From contig NC_090380.1 in assembly GCF_036365525.1 (NCBI RefSeq), forward strand, positions 82,221,658 through 82,285,657: a stretch of DNA of 64,000 nt, read 5' to 3'. Origin of the DNA: Heterodontus francisci. Taxonomy: Eukaryota. The first letter of the stretch is position 1, and every line of letters begins with the position of its first letter. The notes under the pieces are model-generated. The model was not told the origin of the DNA and made no database searches. It saw only the letters and a program-made list of their open reading frames with translations. This document shows positions 22,736-34,840 of this stretch, piece after piece. The position numbers and the translations under genes were made by a program.

Positions 22736-23448
22736 GGCCAGAATTTTACCCTTGGCAGACGGGAGCCATCCACCGACTGAAAGGTCGGTGGTGAACCCAC
22801 CTCCGCCTGGCCTGGAGATCTTTTTTTTTTGCGGTCCTCAAGCCTTTAACTTGTCTGATGTGGAACTTCCACCTCATTGAGGCAGGAAGTTCTGCCTAAT
22901 GGAGCTGCCAGCCAATCAGAGGGCTGGCAGCTCTCTGTCCCAGCGGCGCCACCGGGAGCGTTGGCCACTGCTGGGACTGCAACCCAGCTTCCACAAGATG
23001 ATGTCAGGGAGCCCCAGAACCAAGGTAAGTTTTTGATGCCTTGTTGGGGGTGATTGCTCCCACTGAGGCAAGAGTGGTTGATTGTGGAGACGGGGCTTGC
23101 GTGTTGGGTGATGGTGGTGGTTGGAGCAGCGGGGGTAGCTCTCCATTGGGCACAGCGTGCCTGATCATGAGGGCGCCCCCCCCCCAGGCCGTCAGACAGC
23201 CGTAAGCTTTTGTCAGGCAGCTTCTCTCGGACCTGGGCCGCCCAACCAGCCACGGGTAAAATCCCCATGGCAGTGGGCAGAGGCCCTTAAGTGGTCACTT
23301 AAAGGCCTTGATTGGCCTGGAGCAGGCGGTCTGTTTTTCGCTGCCGCCGCCATGTATAAAGTAGCGGGAAGGGCTCCCCTGAGCCTCCCGCTCCATTTTA
23401 TGTCCCCTGCCACTCTCCTGTTCTTTGGGGGGTCATAAAATTCCAGCC
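22736..23448. mobile_element. Non-autonomous DNA transposon (PIF/Harbinger-like MITE)
   Basis: TIRs GGCCAGAATTTTA / TAAAATTCCAGCC, 3-bp TSD AAT, splits the Penelope-derived GAGTTAAT|GTTTCAGG; shares internal sequence with 60596-61144. Confidence 0.7.
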
Positions 23449-24330
23449 AATGTTTCAGGTCTGTGACCTTTCAGCAGAACTGGCAAAGGTAAGAACAATA
23501 TCAGAAATGTTTGTGGGGGGTGTGGGGGTAGGGTGGTGGTCAAGAGAACATATGGAAAGGTGTGTGATAGGGCAGAGGGCAGGAGAGATTAAATAACAAA
23601 GATGTCATGGAACAGAGGCAACGAATGTGTTAATAGTTGTCGTGAAAGACATAGCATTAGTCCAGAGAGAGTGTTAATGGTGGCATAATGGGCAACTCTG
23701 TTCAAACACACAACAAAAAAACGGGCACAAGGTTAAAAAATAAAATAATTAAAAAGGAAATAAAAAATAAAAAAGGCCAGTCCTGCTCTGAAATTGTCGA
23801 ACTCAATGTTGAGTCCGCAAGGCTGTGCCTAATCTAAAGATGAGGTGCTGCTCCTTGAGTTTGCACTGATGTTCACTGGAACACTGCAGCAGGCCTAGGA
23901 CATAAATGTGGGCATAAGAGCAGGGGGATGTATTGAAACTGCAAGCAACCGGAAGCTTGGGGTCATGCTTTCGGTCTGAGCGGAGGTGTTCCGCAAAGCG
24001 GTCACCCACTCTACGTTCGGTTTCCCCAATGTAGAGGCGACCACATTGTGAGCAGTGAATACAGTATACTAAATTGAAAGATGTACAAGTAAATCGCTGC
24101 TTCACCTGGAAGGAGTGTTTTGGGCCTTGGATGGTGAGGAGAGAGGAGGTAAAAGGGCAGGTATTACACCTCCTGTGATTGCATGGGAAGGTGGGAAAGG
24201 GATGAGTTGTCGGGGTTGACCGAGGAGTGGAACAGGGAACAATCCCTTTGGAATGCTGACGGGAGGGGAAGGGAAGATGTGTTTGGTGGTGGCATCGCGC
24301 TGGAGGTGGCGGAATTGATCTTTTAGATGT
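23449..24330 (-). mobile_element. Penelope-like element, GIY-YIG endonuclease fragment (its 3' part continues at ~22540-22735)
   Basis: FTCTSFNLVYCIHCSQCGRLYIGETERRVGDRFAEHLRS (VY..YIG motif). Confidence 0.85.
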
Positions 24331-25298
24331 GGAGTCAGATCAATGCAGAACAGCAATCAATAAAGTTAGTAAAATCTAGACTAGAGAGCCAAAACACTAG
24401 AATAGAAATCAAGGGAAGTAAAACTGAAACTGTATAATAACCACTCTTTTGAATACAGTGATCAGTTCTGTCCAGTGAAAGACATTCAAATACTGGAGGC
24501 AGTGCGGAGAAGAGTCATGAGGCTTTTGATCAGCTGCCTATATATCTCAATTGTTACTCAGTATCAAATTTTGTTTTATAATGCTCCTGTGAATCACCTT
24601 GGGATGTTTTACTACATTAAAGACACTCTATAAGTACAAGTTGTTGGTGTTAAAACAGAAACTAGAAGTTTATACAGAAGCAGTAATCTTTTGTAGCTTA
24701 TATCACAAAATGCAATTTCACCCCATATAGTCAGTGGTTAAAAAGTATTATTCCTCTGCACAGCCCAGAATGAAGAATAAGCATCTACGATCCGAAACAT
24801 GGGCAATAATGGCATGACAGAACCTTTAAGACTAAATTAAACCAGTCCTGCAATGAAATTATTCAGTACACAAATCTCTCATACAAAGCTAAATGACAGT
24901 AAACAACATGCCAAACCACGTAAACTATTAGACACAAAACTCTGCAAAGTTCAAATTTATCCAGAGAAACAGATGATGATCAAATCACAGACATTCTTTC
25001 CTGATTACCTTGGACTAAAGAACACAAATAAAAATTGTGCAAAATGTCTTCAACAGGAAAAATTCTGATCTAATGCAAATATCATCAATTCCATAGTTAC
25101 TAGTGAAATGCTCAATGGAAGTGAGTACCAAATGAAACAAAGCACTCACTAAAAGGAACCAGGCAACTGGTACCATCAACATTAATTATTAGCTGTGAAA
25201 AGGGAAAACATTACAAAAATACCTCCAGGTACTTGTTTTCTCTTATATCACAATTAAATGAACATGTTTTTCATGCTTGAAAAATCAGTTGAGGAAAA

Positions 25299-25414
25299 TC
25301 AAGAAATCTGAAAATAGCTGAAGTTGTATAATACAGCAGTTGTCCAAAAGATGATACTAATTTGATTTCTCCTGATAATCATCTGTTTACCCCAACACGA
25401 GTCAGTGGCTTCAA
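25299..25414 (-). CDS. HHLA2: Candidate terminal coding exon of the HHLA2-like gene: (V)EATDSCWGKQMIIRRNQISIIFWTTAVLYNFSYFQIS*
   Basis: Strong acceptor TTTTTTCCCTACTCAG; phase 1 matches the IgV2 donor; open 37 codons to TGA; the junction gives ..LKIVE, like human ..VHVE (recalled). No better TM exon was found downstream by eye. Confidence 0.4.
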
Positions 25415-25499
25415 CTGAGTAGGGAAAAAATAGGTATGAGGGTGAGGAGGGGTGATCCTGCCCAAGAAATATACAAAATTGAGGTATGGTTTACAAAAA

Positions 25500-25850
25500 T
25501 TCCATCCATGGTTTCAAATCCCCGATTGGCTACATCCCCCCCTATTTCTGTACCATCCTACAACTCTTCGAGATCTTTGTGCTGCTCCTATTCTGGCCTC
25601 TCGAACATTCCTGAATTTAATGGCTCCATCATTGATAGTTGTGCCTTCAGTTCCTAGGCCCCAAGCTCCGGAATTCCCTCCCTAAATCTCTCTGCCTATC
25701 TAACTCCCTTTCCTTCTTAAGATGCCCCTTAAAACCTACCTCTTTGATCAAGCTTTTGGTCATCTGTTCTAATAACTTCTTAGGGGTCAAATTATGTTTG
25801 ATAATGCTCCTGTGAAGCACCTTGCAATGCTTTGCTATGTTGAAGGTGTT
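25500..25850 (+). mobile_element. L2-type LINE 3' tail
   Basis: CCTTAAAACCTACCTCTTTGATCAAGCTTTTGG..CTCCTGTGAAGCACCTTG L2 terminal signature (also at ~24530-24650 and ~45960-46270). Confidence 0.7.
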
Positions 25851-25859
25851 ACCGTCAAT

Positions 25860-27950
25860 CCTTTTAGTAAAGTTCGCCAATCTGACATAGCCAACTCAAG
25901 CCTCATACCTTCTTAGCTTCCTTTATTTAGATTCAGGACCCTAGTTTCAGATTCAACTACTTCACTCTCCATCTTAATGAAGAATTCTATCATGTTATGG
26001 TCACTCCTCCACAAAGGACCCCGCAGAACAAGATTGTTAATTAATCCTTTCTCATTGCACAATACCAAGTCTAGGATAGCCAGTTCTCTAGTTGTTTCCT
26101 CAATGTATAGGTCTAAAAAACTGTCACATACACACTCCAGGAAATCCTCCTCCATAATATTATTTATAATTTGGTTTGACCAATCTATATGTAGATTAAA
26201 GTCACCTATGATTACAGCTGTACCCTTATTGCATGTGTCTCTAATTTCCTGTTTAATGCCATACCTTACATCTCCACTACTGTTTGGGGGCCTATAGACA
26301 ACCCCCACCAATGTTTTCTGCCCCTTGGTGTTTCTTAGCTCCACCCATACAGATTCCACATCATGATTTTCCAGGCCAATATCCTTCCTCGCTATTGCAT
26401 TGATTTCCTCCTTTACTAGCAAAGCTACCCCACCTCCTTTCTCTTTTTACCTGTCCTTCCTAAATATTGAATATCCCTGGATGTTCAGTTACCATCCTTG
26501 GTCACCCTGCAGCCATGTCTCCGTAATCGCAACTACACCATAACCGTTTATATCTATTTGCGCTGTTCATTTATCTACCTTATTGCGAATACACTATGCC
26601 CCATTTGTTTCTCACCCTTGTTTTCTCTGCCTTCCAATTTTGCTTCTTACCTTTCGGTCTTTCATTTCTATCCTTGTTTTCCCCTCATCTGTCTCTCTGC
26701 TCAGATTCCCATCACCCTGTCATTCTAGTTTAAACCCTCCCTGACAGCTCTAGCAAACACCCACCCCTCCCCCCCCCTCAAGGAAATTGGTCCCAGTCCT
26801 GCCCAGATGCATCCTGTCCAGCTTGTACTGGTCCCACCTTCCCCAGAACCGGTCCCAATGTCCCAGAATCTGAATCTTTCCCCACTACACCATTTCTCCA
26901 GCTACGTATACATCTAATATATCCTGCTATTTCTGCTCTCGCTAGCACTGGTAGTAATCCTGAGATTTTAATTTTTGTCCTAACTCCCTATATTCAGCTT
27001 GTAGGACCTCATCCCTTTTTCTACCTATGTCGTTGGTACCGATATGTATCACGACAACTGGCTGCTTGCCGTCCCCCCTCAGAATGCCCTGCAGCCGCTC
27101 AGATATCCTTGACCCTAGCACCAGGGAGGCAACATACCATCCTGGAGTCCCTTTTGCGGCTGCAGAAATGCCTTTTTGTTCCCCTTACAATTGAATCCCC
27201 TATCACTATACCCTGCCACTCTTCTTCCTCCCCTTCTATGCAGCAGAGCCATCCATGGTGCCATGAAGTTGGTTCTTGCTGCTTTCCCCTGAGCCATCTC
27301 CCCTAACAATATCCAAAGCAGTATATCTGTTACAGAAGGGGATGGCCACAGGGGACTCCTGTGCTACCTGCCTTCCTCTACTCTGCCTGGTGGTCACCCA
27401 TTCCCTTTCTGCCTTTGCAGCATTTACCTGCAATCTCAGCATCACGGTGCTCCATAGTGAATCCACTCACAGCACTAGTTCCTTAATGCGGGTAGCCAGT
27501 AGCTGCAGATGGATACACTTTCTGCACACATGGTCACTGGAGGCGTCCCTGATTTCCCACATAGGGCTGGGGAGCAAATCATGGGTGCGTGCTGTCCTGC
27601 CATGACTTACCTTTATATTACTTAGTTACTCCTTTCACTTAAAAAATACTAATTACTCTAGGGGCCTTGTTCTTCTCCAAACACTACCCACTAAAATCTA
27701 AAGTCCTTACCTTTACTTTTGAAGCTACTGATAAATCCTTTTAAAAAATCAGTACAGTTCACTAGTTAAAATAAATCTTACTCAAAAAAAAGCTACTCAC
27801 TTGTTCCTTCTTATTAAGCTATTTACACATGCACCCTAACAGTAGTGTAATAACCCAGCTATTTAGAGTTATTCCCTAACAGCCATTACTCACCAACCAA
27901 TCACCTTGCAGCTTTCCTCTGACGTCCCAGTTCACTTTGTTTTCAAACTC
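25860..27950 (-). mobile_element. CR1 5' portion: 5'UTR, ORF1 (zinc finger/coiled coil/esterase, decayed) and ORF2 APE endonuclease
   Basis: ORF1 ATG at 27603, MAGQHAPMIC..HVCRKCIHLQLL, and IPFCNRYTAL; endonuclease ESVWVELRN..VGVVYRPPN..IIGDFNL..LDLVL..SDHNMI (25913-26422). Confidence 0.85.
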
Positions 27951-27959
27951 CAGTGCGCC

Positions 27960-28740
27960 TGGACTCCTCTCCGCTGCTCCTCCAAAAGGTAAGTGCTCTA
28001 GACCGCGATCCTCAGGCTCTATTTATCTGCTCCTTGCTCTGTGTTCTTCCCGCAGGTCCGCTCCTCTCCGTTGCTTCCGCAAAAGTTAAGTGCTCTAGAC
28101 CGCGATCCTCAAGCTCTATTTATCTGCTCCTCGCTCTGTGTTCTTCCCGCAGGTCCACTCCTCTCCATTGCTCCCCCTAAAGGTAAGTGCTCTAGGCCGC
28201 GATCCTTGGGCTCTTTTTATCCGCTCCTTGCTCCGTGTACTTCCCGTAGGTCCGCTCATCTCCACTGCTCCCCCGGACGTTAAGTGCTCCAGGCTGCAAT
28301 TCTCAGGCTCTATTTATCCGCTCCTCACTCCGTGTTCTTCCTGCAGGTCCGCTGCTCTCCTGGAAGGTAGGTGCTCTAGGACGCAATCCTTGGGCTCTAT
28401 TTATCTGCTCCTCGCTCCATATTCTTCCCGCAGGTCCGCTCCTCTCCGTTGCTCCCGCGAAAGTTAAGTGCTCTAGACCGCAATCCTCAGGCTCTATTTA
28501 TCTGCTCCTTGCTCTGTGTTCTTCCCACAGGTCTGCTCCTCTCCCAGAAGGTAAGTGCTCAAGGCTGCAATTCTCGGGCTCTATTTATCCGCTCCTCACT
28601 CCTTGTTCTTCCTGCAGGTCCACTGCTCTCCTGGAAGGTGAGTGCTCTAGGACGCGATCCTCGGGCTCTATTTATCTGCTCCTCACTCCATATTCTTCCC
28701 GCAGGTCTGCTCCTCACTGCTGCTATCCCGGAAGGTAAGT
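27960..28740. repeat. Tandem array of ~8 units of 97/87 bp at the 5' end of the CR1
   Basis: Unit starts at 27989, 28086, 28183, 28280, 28367, 28464, 28551, 28638 and 28735; conserved core GTGCTCTAG..GCTCTATTTATCTGCTCC..TTCTTCCCGCAGGTCC. Confidence 0.93.
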
Positions 28741-30040
28741 ACATTGACGACACCCAATTCTAACTCATCACCACTTCTCTCGACTTCTCCACTGTTGCTA
28801 AATTATCAGACTGCTTATCCAATATCCAGTCCTAAATGAGCAGAAATTTCCTCCAATTAAATATGGGGAAGACTAAAGCCAATTTTTCAGGTCCCCTCTC
28901 AAAACCCCATTCCCTGTCTACCGACTCCATCCCTTTCCCTGGCAACAGTCTGAGATTGAACCAGTCTGCTCGTAATATTTGGTGTCCCCAAGATGAGCTA
29001 CCAACCTCACATTTGCATCATTACTAAGAACACCTAATTCTACATCCGGAACATCACCCAACTTTGCCACGTCTCAGCTCATCTGCTGCAAAAACCCTCA
29101 TTCATACCTTCGTTACCTGTATACTTGACTATTCCAATGCACTCCTGGCTGGTCTCCCACTTACTACCTTTGGTAACTTGAGATCATTCAAAATTCTGCT
29201 GCCTGTGTCTTAACTTGCACCAAGTCCCGTTTACCTATCATCCCTGTACTCGCTGACCAATATTGGCTCCCAGTCAAGCAATGTCTTGATTTTGAAATCC
29301 TCATTCTTGTTTTCAAATCCATCCACAGCCTTGCCCCTTCCTTATCTCTGTAAGCTCCTCCAACCCCACAACCTCTGAGATATCTGTGCTCCTCTAATTC
29401 TGGTTTCTTGTGTGTCCCTGACTTTAATTGCTCCACTGTTGGTGGATGCGCCTTCAGTTGCCTAGGCCCTAAGCTCTGGAACACTCTCCCTATACCTCTC
29501 TGCCTCTCTATCTCACTTTCCTCCTTTAAGACACTCCTTAAAACTGACCTCTTTGACCAAGCTTTTGGGGCGGCACAGTGGCGCAGTGGTTAGCACCACA
29601 GCCTCACAGCTCCAGGGACCCAGGTTCGATTCTGGGTACTGCCTGTGTGGAGTTTGCAAGTTCTCCCTGTGTCTGCGTGGGTTTTCTCCGGGTGCTCCGG
29701 TTTCCTCCCACAAGCCAAAAGACTTGCAGGTTGGTAGGGAAATTGGCCATTATAAATTGTCACTAGTATAGGTAGGTGGTAGGGAAATATAGGGACAAGT
29801 GGGGATGTTTGGTAGGAATATGGGATTAGTGTAGGATTAGTATAAAAATGGGTGGTTGATGGTCGGCACAGACTCGGTGGGCCGAAGGGCCTGTTTCAGT
29901 GCTGTATCTCTAATCTAATCTAATCTAATAACCTGACCAAATGTGGCTTGGTGTCATAGTTTGTTTTATAATGCTCCTGTGAAGTGCCTTGGGACATTTT
30001 ATTATGCTAAAGGTGCTTTATAAATGTAAATTGTTGTTAA
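28741..30040 (+). mobile_element. L2-type LINE 3' half (RT C-terminus and tail), interrupted by a SINE
   Basis: Y(A/I)DDTQ, MSRNFLQLNMGKT, LDYSNALLAGL-like, AFSCLGPKLWNTLP, FKTLLKT. Confidence 0.85.
29568..29928 (+). mobile_element. Full-length HE1-like V-SINE
   Basis: Same family as 1108-1428; tRNA-like head, V-domain, (CTAAT)n tail. Confidence 0.88.
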
Positions 30041-30546
30041 GCCAGGGAGGGGAAAACAAATTAGCTAGGGCTCCTACACCTAATCTCTATCCAGTGAGTC
30101 CTTCTGGAAAATGCATGTATTGGTGAGGTCAAAGTGAAAAGTTCACTGTAAAAGAATCTGCCAACCTAACCTGTGAAGGGTAATAATTGCATGAGTCTCC
30201 AATCTCTCCTTCCTCTCCAGGATGGCTGCATTCTCCCTTTTCTTTTTAGACCCATCATAGATCAAAGTTGCTCCATCTTTTCTTTCACGTGAATCTGTTG
30301 TGTGACTTATCTATTTTGTTTGGTTATGGTGCTTTCATTTGCACAGAGGAGAATGAAATAGATCTGCTCCCTAGTACCATTTACCATCTTACTAGGAATG
30401 TGACAGATGGTCGTAGAAAACAGATTTAAGCAGGAAATGGAGAATCACGAGACAAGCTTAAGACAGAGCGTCAGTGAGCTGGAATTGGTGGCTGCTCTCA
30501 AATGTCTTTGCTATATAATTTCAATCTCATTCTGGACTAGGTAAAT

Positions 30547-30730
30547 TCTTTTGGGCCTCCTTATCTCGAGAGACAATGGATATGCGCCTGGAGGTGGTCA
30601 GTGGTTTGTGAAGCAGCGCCTGGAGTGGCTATAAAGGCCAATTCTGGAGTGACAGGCTCTTCCACAGGTGCTGCAGAGAAATTTGTTTGTTGGGGCTGTT
30701 GCACAGTTGGCTCTCCCCTTGCGCCTCTGT
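30547..30730 (-). mobile_element. 5'-truncated RTE-clade LINE 3' end with 10-bp TSD CTAGGTAAAT
   Basis: Minus strand encodes FLCSTCGRACHSRIGLYSHSRRC* (RTE C-terminal C2HC finger); exact TSD at 30537-30546 and 30731-30740. Confidence 0.85.
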
Positions 30731-31334
30731 CTAGGTAAATATAACCTATGATAGAGGCAAATACTGATGAAATCCTAGAAACTGAATATTAACAAAACAA
30801 ATTCAAACAATAAGATTCTATATTGGGTAAAAACAAAACAAAAAATCAGCTCAGTCTGGTACCATTCTTCGCACTGATCCAAAAAATTACATAATTTATT
30901 TTCTCACCTATTTCCTCTTCTCCAGGTCACTCACTAACACTATGCTCTCGGTACAGTGGCAACAAATGACCTGAAAGGTAAGGAGACTTACTTTGGCCTT
31001 TCACACTGCCCTTTCTTTCAAGTAGCTGGGTTCAAATGCAGCACAGACTGATGGAAAGAAAGTCGTTCCTCAATCTGCCTGTTGTAATAGTTGTACCCAA
31101 AATCAATTTAGATAGTCACTACCTAGTTCCTAGTGGGCCTGGATCTAAGGCACAAAACTGTCCACAAATTGCACTCTGACCCAAGTGGTTATAAGGATGG
31201 TAGCTATATGAAATTACATTTTTTAAAACCTGAAACTCTCATATTACAAAACACAAATGCCTTAGTTCAATCAAAGATTAAACTATAATTTATCAAATTT
31301 AAATCTTTAACCACACAAATTACTGGGAGCTTAC

Positions 31335-31646
31335 CTATTTTTAAAATGTGGGTGAATACTTGCAGTGTATCTTTGGTTCTGATTTCACAGATATATTCTC
31401 CTGCATTTTCCAAAGTTACATGATGCAGGACAAGTGATGAAGAAGTCTGTTTTTTCAATATTTCTGATTGATTCTTCATACAATTTGAGTGTACATTTTC
31501 ATATTGGTGTATTGATTCACAGATTATCTCCAAAGGAGAGGTTTCTGTTTTTCTGAACTTCCACAAAATTGCCAAATTTTGATCATTCTTGGAGGAATAG
31601 TTTGAAGTAATTACTATGGTTTCACTCTTGTTTTCTTTTTGTTTGC
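31335..31646 (-). CDS. HHLA2: HHLA2-like exon, second IgV domain
   Basis: TTTCAG acceptor and GTAAGC donor, phase 1-1, 312 nt; LAILWKF, SSSLVLHHVTLENAGEYICEIRT. Confidence 0.85.
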
Positions 31647-33089
31647 CTGAAAATAAAATAAAATAAAAATATTTAACGTATAGCATAAAACATGATACAT
31701 TATTTTACTTTTCCCATTTTGGGTATTCAGTTTCATTATCCCAAATAAAGATTGAAAACTCAGCGCAATCTTACAGGAAACAAGGGAAAGAGGGGTACAG
31801 TCTCAATGTGGGAAAAAGCACATTTTCTGGTATACATACATGGCTGATCTTACCGTACGAGCAATGATTAAATATATCCAAATCCAATAAACTTGACCTA
31901 TTCAGGTTCAAGCCATTTAGGTGTTGTGGACGTGTACCAAGTATCTATATTACTTGGATTTGGTACATGTCCAAAAAGGGTTGGGGAAGTAAACCTCCTA
32001 CAATGGGCCTTAAAGTCCTCCAGAGACTTAAAGACACACAGTTTCTTTGGAAGTTCATCAAGGTGTCTGGTAGTATTTCAGGATGATGCCAGTATTAAAT
32101 CTTGCTGCAGGAAGTGAATCCTGGGAAGGCTGTAGTATTTCACTAACTGCATGGTGTGGAGAGCATTGTAGGAGGTGACAAACAACATTAATGTCAGCAA
32201 CACTGTCCAGATGGGGGCAGCAATGCCCCCAGGAGGGTCAAAGTAGAAACCAGCAACATCAGATCATTTTAATGCACCATGCCAATCATAAACTTTTCTT
32301 TCTTGCTTTCTTTCCATCTTTTTATGGGTACCTGTGACACTGCATGGTGCACTATCAGCACCTTCCTCACCCAGTAGCACCTCTTTCAGTAAAAAGCTGC
32401 AGAGGACAAACAACAGTCAACTCCTTCGATGACTAGCACCTGCACGCTGCACATTTTGTACTTCACAATACCTACACAGCCTACCCTGGCATATAGGTGT
32501 AGAGAGATGCCATGCTATCAATAGCAGTTAGGCAGTGCATGCTTCTGCATTTAAAGGAGAAGGCAGCAAATAACAAGAGAGAGAGGGTGAATAACACAGG
32601 TGGCCCAGCCACCATTCATTCTTTGAAACCACAAATCCAAGATGGAACTTAGAGGAGGCGGCAGCAGATGGAGTATAAAAAAGCAGGGCCTGCTGTAGGA
32701 TTCGTATAACACTTAAAAAGGTAAACTACAAATGCTATAAACCCAACAAAAAAAGCAGAAAATGCTGAAATTACACAACAGGCCAGTCAACAACTGGAAC
32801 GTGAAAAGACCTATTGGGTGAAATCTTACTGCCTTTAAAGATGTTCAGAGGTCGGGACCAAAAACGGGTCCTGACTCCACTGGTGATGCCTGGCCTCCCG
32901 TCTGCGCCATCTTACTGGAGGCAGCCAATTAAGGGGCTGCATCCAGGAGCGCTGACCAATTAAGGATGATGGGCAGAACAGGCACCTGTTTGGGCCAGTG
33001 GGAGGGCCCACAGATTTGTCCTGCTGGCAGCCTCACTGGGAGAGGTGGGCACTGATGTGGCAGGCTGGAGAATGTGATGGTGCCTCAAG

Positions 33090-33810
33090 ATTGAGGCTGG
33101 TCTAGTTCAGTTTCTGGTCAGTGGGAACCCCCAGGAAGTTGACAGTGTGGGATTCAGCGATGGTTGAATGTCAAGGGGAGATGGTTAGATTCTCTCTTAT
33201 TGGAGATCGTCCTTGCCCGGCACTTGTGTGGCACGAATGTTACTTGTGATTTATCAGCCCAAGCCTGAATGTTGTCAAGATTTTACTGTGTATGGACATG
33301 GACTGCTTCGATATCTGAGGAGTTGCTAATGGTACTGAACATACAGTCATCAGTGAAGGTTCCCCCTTCAGACCTTATGATGGAGGGAAGGTCACTGGTG
33401 AAGCAACTGAAGATGGTTCGGCCGAGAACACTACCCTGAGGAACACCCGCAGCATTGTCCTGGGGCTGAAATAATTGGCCTCCAACCACCACAACCATCT
33501 TCCTTTGTGCTAGGTATGACTCCACCCAGCAGAGAGTTTTCCTTGATTCCCATTGACTTCAATTTGGCTCGGGCCCCTGGATGCCACTCATGGTCAAATG
33601 CTGCCTTGATGTAAAGAGCAGTCACTTTCACCTCACCTCTGGAGTTCAGCCCTTTTGGCCATGTTTGGACCAAGGTTGTAATGAGGTCTGGAGCCAAATG
33701 GCCCTGGCAGAACCAAACTGAGCATTAGTGAGCAGGTTATTGCTGAATAAGTGACGCTTGATAGCTCTGTTGCCGACACCTTCCATCACTTTGCTGATGA
33801 TCGAAACTCA
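33090..33810 (-). mobile_element. Degraded CR1-clade LINE RT fragment
   Basis: ALYIKAAFD, ESYLAQRKMVVVVGG, AGVPQGSVLG, FTDDC. Confidence 0.8.
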
Positions 33811-34546
33811 TGATTGAAGTCAATGGAGCGTAATATCGGGCAGGGTATATATCCAGTGCTCCTCCTGAGCCTGCTTGTTTTCCACCAGCAAGTCATGATA
33901 AAATTGTCAATCATGAGTGTGGCTTGGCCCCTGCCTGACTCACAACTAGAATTACACATGAAGCACAAACGGGATGGGAGTCATGCACAAGGGATCTCAG
34001 CTCCTTTTCTCACAGTGTTCCAATCCAGATTTAAGTGCATATGTGGTGCAATACAGAGGAAAATTGTTCCCATCGTGTTTTTGGCATATGTTACCCACAA
34101 AGACCTGGCCAGTTCACGTGATGCTCCAGCCAGCATTATGAAGAACCTTACTAGAAGTGGCCCTGTAAAAAAAGCTGGTATCAAAATAATCTGGAGACCA
34201 AACCCTTCTGGCTGGGATTTTCTACAACTGCATCTGCTGGTCTATGGCTTTCAACCCTTTCACATTAATAGATAATTGTAGATTGACGAACACCGAGTGG
34301 AAAATCTCAGCCAACTGTAACAAGGAAAGGTGTTACAAATTTAACCCCAGGAGTATAGAAAGTATACCAGTACCTTCACTTAATTTGACAAAAAGGGAAA
34401 TATGAACCAATGAAAATTCTGCAATTCCAAGCACTGTTTAATCATCAACTTATATCCTATTCAAATTAACAACTATCCTGTAATATTTTACATGCTTATG
34501 AAATAAGATTTATGAGGTGTTCTATCGATTATTTATCAATTGTTAC

Positions 34547-34840
34547 CTTGCATTTTCCAGGATGCAGTCCATGACTGGTGCAATCGTTCATTCTTAATAT
34601 TACATATGTAAGTTGTGTTTGATAGTTGATCAATCTTCAAAATGCTTGTAATATTGTGAAGTCCTTCTTGATCGATAAATTCTTTGAATCTTGCATCCTT
34701 AGTTAGGTTGTTCCCATTCTCATCTTGCCATAGTAATGATGGCTTTGGATAAGCACCAGAGGCAGAACAGGTAATATTTACAACCTTCTTTGCAGCAGAC
34801 AGCATATTCGGGGGACGTAGTGTCAAATTCTTACAGTCAG
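34547..34840 (-). CDS. HHLA2: HHLA2-like exon, IgC domain
   Basis: TTCTTTCCAG acceptor and GTAACA donor, phase 1-1, 294 nt; ITCSASGAYPKPSLLW..GLHNITSIL..YICNIKNERLHQSWTASWKMQ (B7 IgC; the end resembles human HHLA2 LKQTWTGRWTMK, recalled). Confidence 0.9.

Noticed and set aside
27960-28740. Regularly spaced repeats resembling a CRISPR array; overlapping ORFs
   Set aside because: Whole units are repeated with no unique spacers, there are no cas genes and the context is eukaryotic. The ORFs are translations of the repeat.
30992-31045. Minus-strand acceptor/donor pair just downstream of the IgV2 exon
   Set aside because: In phase 1 it reads VCAAFEPSYLKERAV* with a stop before the donor and lies in SINE-like sequence; not accepted as an exon.
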